From assembly GCA_051010295.1 (NCBI GenBank), contig JBPCVS010000016.1, positions 1 to 25,903 of the forward strand: DNA of 25,903 nucleotides, given 5' to 3'. A program made the position numbers and the translations under genes. The notes beneath the pieces are model-generated. The model worked only from the letters and a program-made list of their open reading frames with translations, had not been told where the DNA came from and did not search any database. This stretch comes from Parvibaculales bacterium (GTDB taxonomy: Bacteria; Pseudomonadota; Alphaproteobacteria; RS24). Of the stretch, positions 25,142-25,903 are shown piece by piece; the stretch's first letter is position 1, and every line of letters starts with the position of its first letter.

Positions 25142-25903
25142 ATGTCGCGTTTTGACTTTCCAACAGATGATGGCACAATTTCGGTGATGCGCTGGGCACC
25201 CGCGCAATCCGCCATGCCTGACGGCCAAAAACCCATATTGCATTGGGCACATGCCAATGGTTTTAATGCGCAGACTTATGACAAATTGCTTGCGCCACTG
25301 GCCGCCCATATTGATATTTTTGCCGCTGATGCGCGTGGGCATGGCTTGACTAATTTGCCGTGCGACCCGCACCGCATGACGGGTTGGCATATTTATTGCG
25401 ATGATATGGTGCCGCTGGTTGAAAAGCTGGCCGCCCAAGCGGGGGCTAAAATCTGGCTGGGCGGTCATTCAATGGGCGGCTGTGTGAGTGTGTTATTGGC
25501 GGCCAAGCGTCCCGATTTAGTGGCCGGGCTGGTGCTGGCCGACCCTGTGATTGTGCCATATATTCCGCGCTGGCTGATGCGCCTCTATGGTTTTCTCAAA
25601 CCCACAAGTCACATTGCCGCATTAACGCAAATGTCGGCCAAACGCCGCCGCGATTGGCCAGATGCCGCCACCATAGAGGCCGCCTATGCTGGGCGTGGTG
25701 CGTTCGCCACTTGGCAAGCTGGCTTTTTGCCCGATTATCTGGCGGGCGGGCTACACCCCATAACCCAAGATGACGCAGGCAATAAGGTGCGGTTGGCCTG
25801 TGCGCCGCAATGGGAAGCGGCTAATTTTTTGGGGCCGCAAATCAACGCCGCCAAAGCGGTTAAAAAATTGCAAACCCCTTTTACTTTGCTGATGGCGCAA
25901 ACC
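25142..25903 (+). CDS. Alpha/beta hydrolase (3'-truncated by window end; absent from the ORF track)
   Basis: Open frame from ATG 25142 to the window end: HANGFNAQTY, DARGHG, GHSMGG nucleophile motif, LVLADP. Confidence 0.9.
   Translation, partial: MSRFDFPTDDGTISVMRWAPAQSAMPDGQKPILHWAHANGFNAQTYDKLLAPLAAHIDIFAADARGHGLTNLPCDPHRMTGWHIYCDDMVPLVEKLAAQAGAKIWLGGHSMGGCVSVLLAAKRPDLVAGLVLADPVIVPYIPRWLMRLYGFLKPTSHIAALTQMSAKRRRDWPDAATIEAAYAGRGAFATWQAGFLPDYLAGGLHPITQDDAGNKVRLACAPQWEAANFLGPQINAAKAVKKLQTPFTLLMAQT

Noticed and set aside
25049-25468. 139-aa minus-strand ORF
   Set aside because: Antisense shadow of the alpha/beta hydrolase starting at 25142.

Overview
Mostly housekeeping region of an alphaproteobacterial chromosome. 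The assignment is inferred from the argD-argF-hslO order, class I LysRS, SAM-II riboswitch and TauE-TIGR02186 pair. Left to right: a REP-like palindrome cluster, an ABC-2 permease, argD-argF-hslO, an RND efflux pair, trkH, SAM-II-controlled metZ, lysS and a TerB-family gene. Next comes a 5.9-kb block in which two ~1.67-kb inverted, slightly diverged copies of a membrane GT2 glycosyltransferase locus flank an alpha-hydroxy-acid oxidase gene and dcd. The window ends with pyrD, arsC, an esterase, ccdA, TIGR02186, TauE and a truncated alpha/beta hydrolase. The main anomaly is the inverted GT2 pair. The copies differ mostly at synonymous sites, but one has the canonical QxxRW motif (QRTRW) and the other QRTRG. 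Each sits behind a different upstream context, and both carry an unannotated 34-aa hydrophobic ORF in frame with the GT2. This could be a recombination-driven ON/OFF or allele-shuffling switch for a surface glycan. That reading is a hypothesis; misassembly or a single-base error cannot be excluded from the sequence alone. No tRNA, rRNA, CRISPR, transposase or recombinase was seen.
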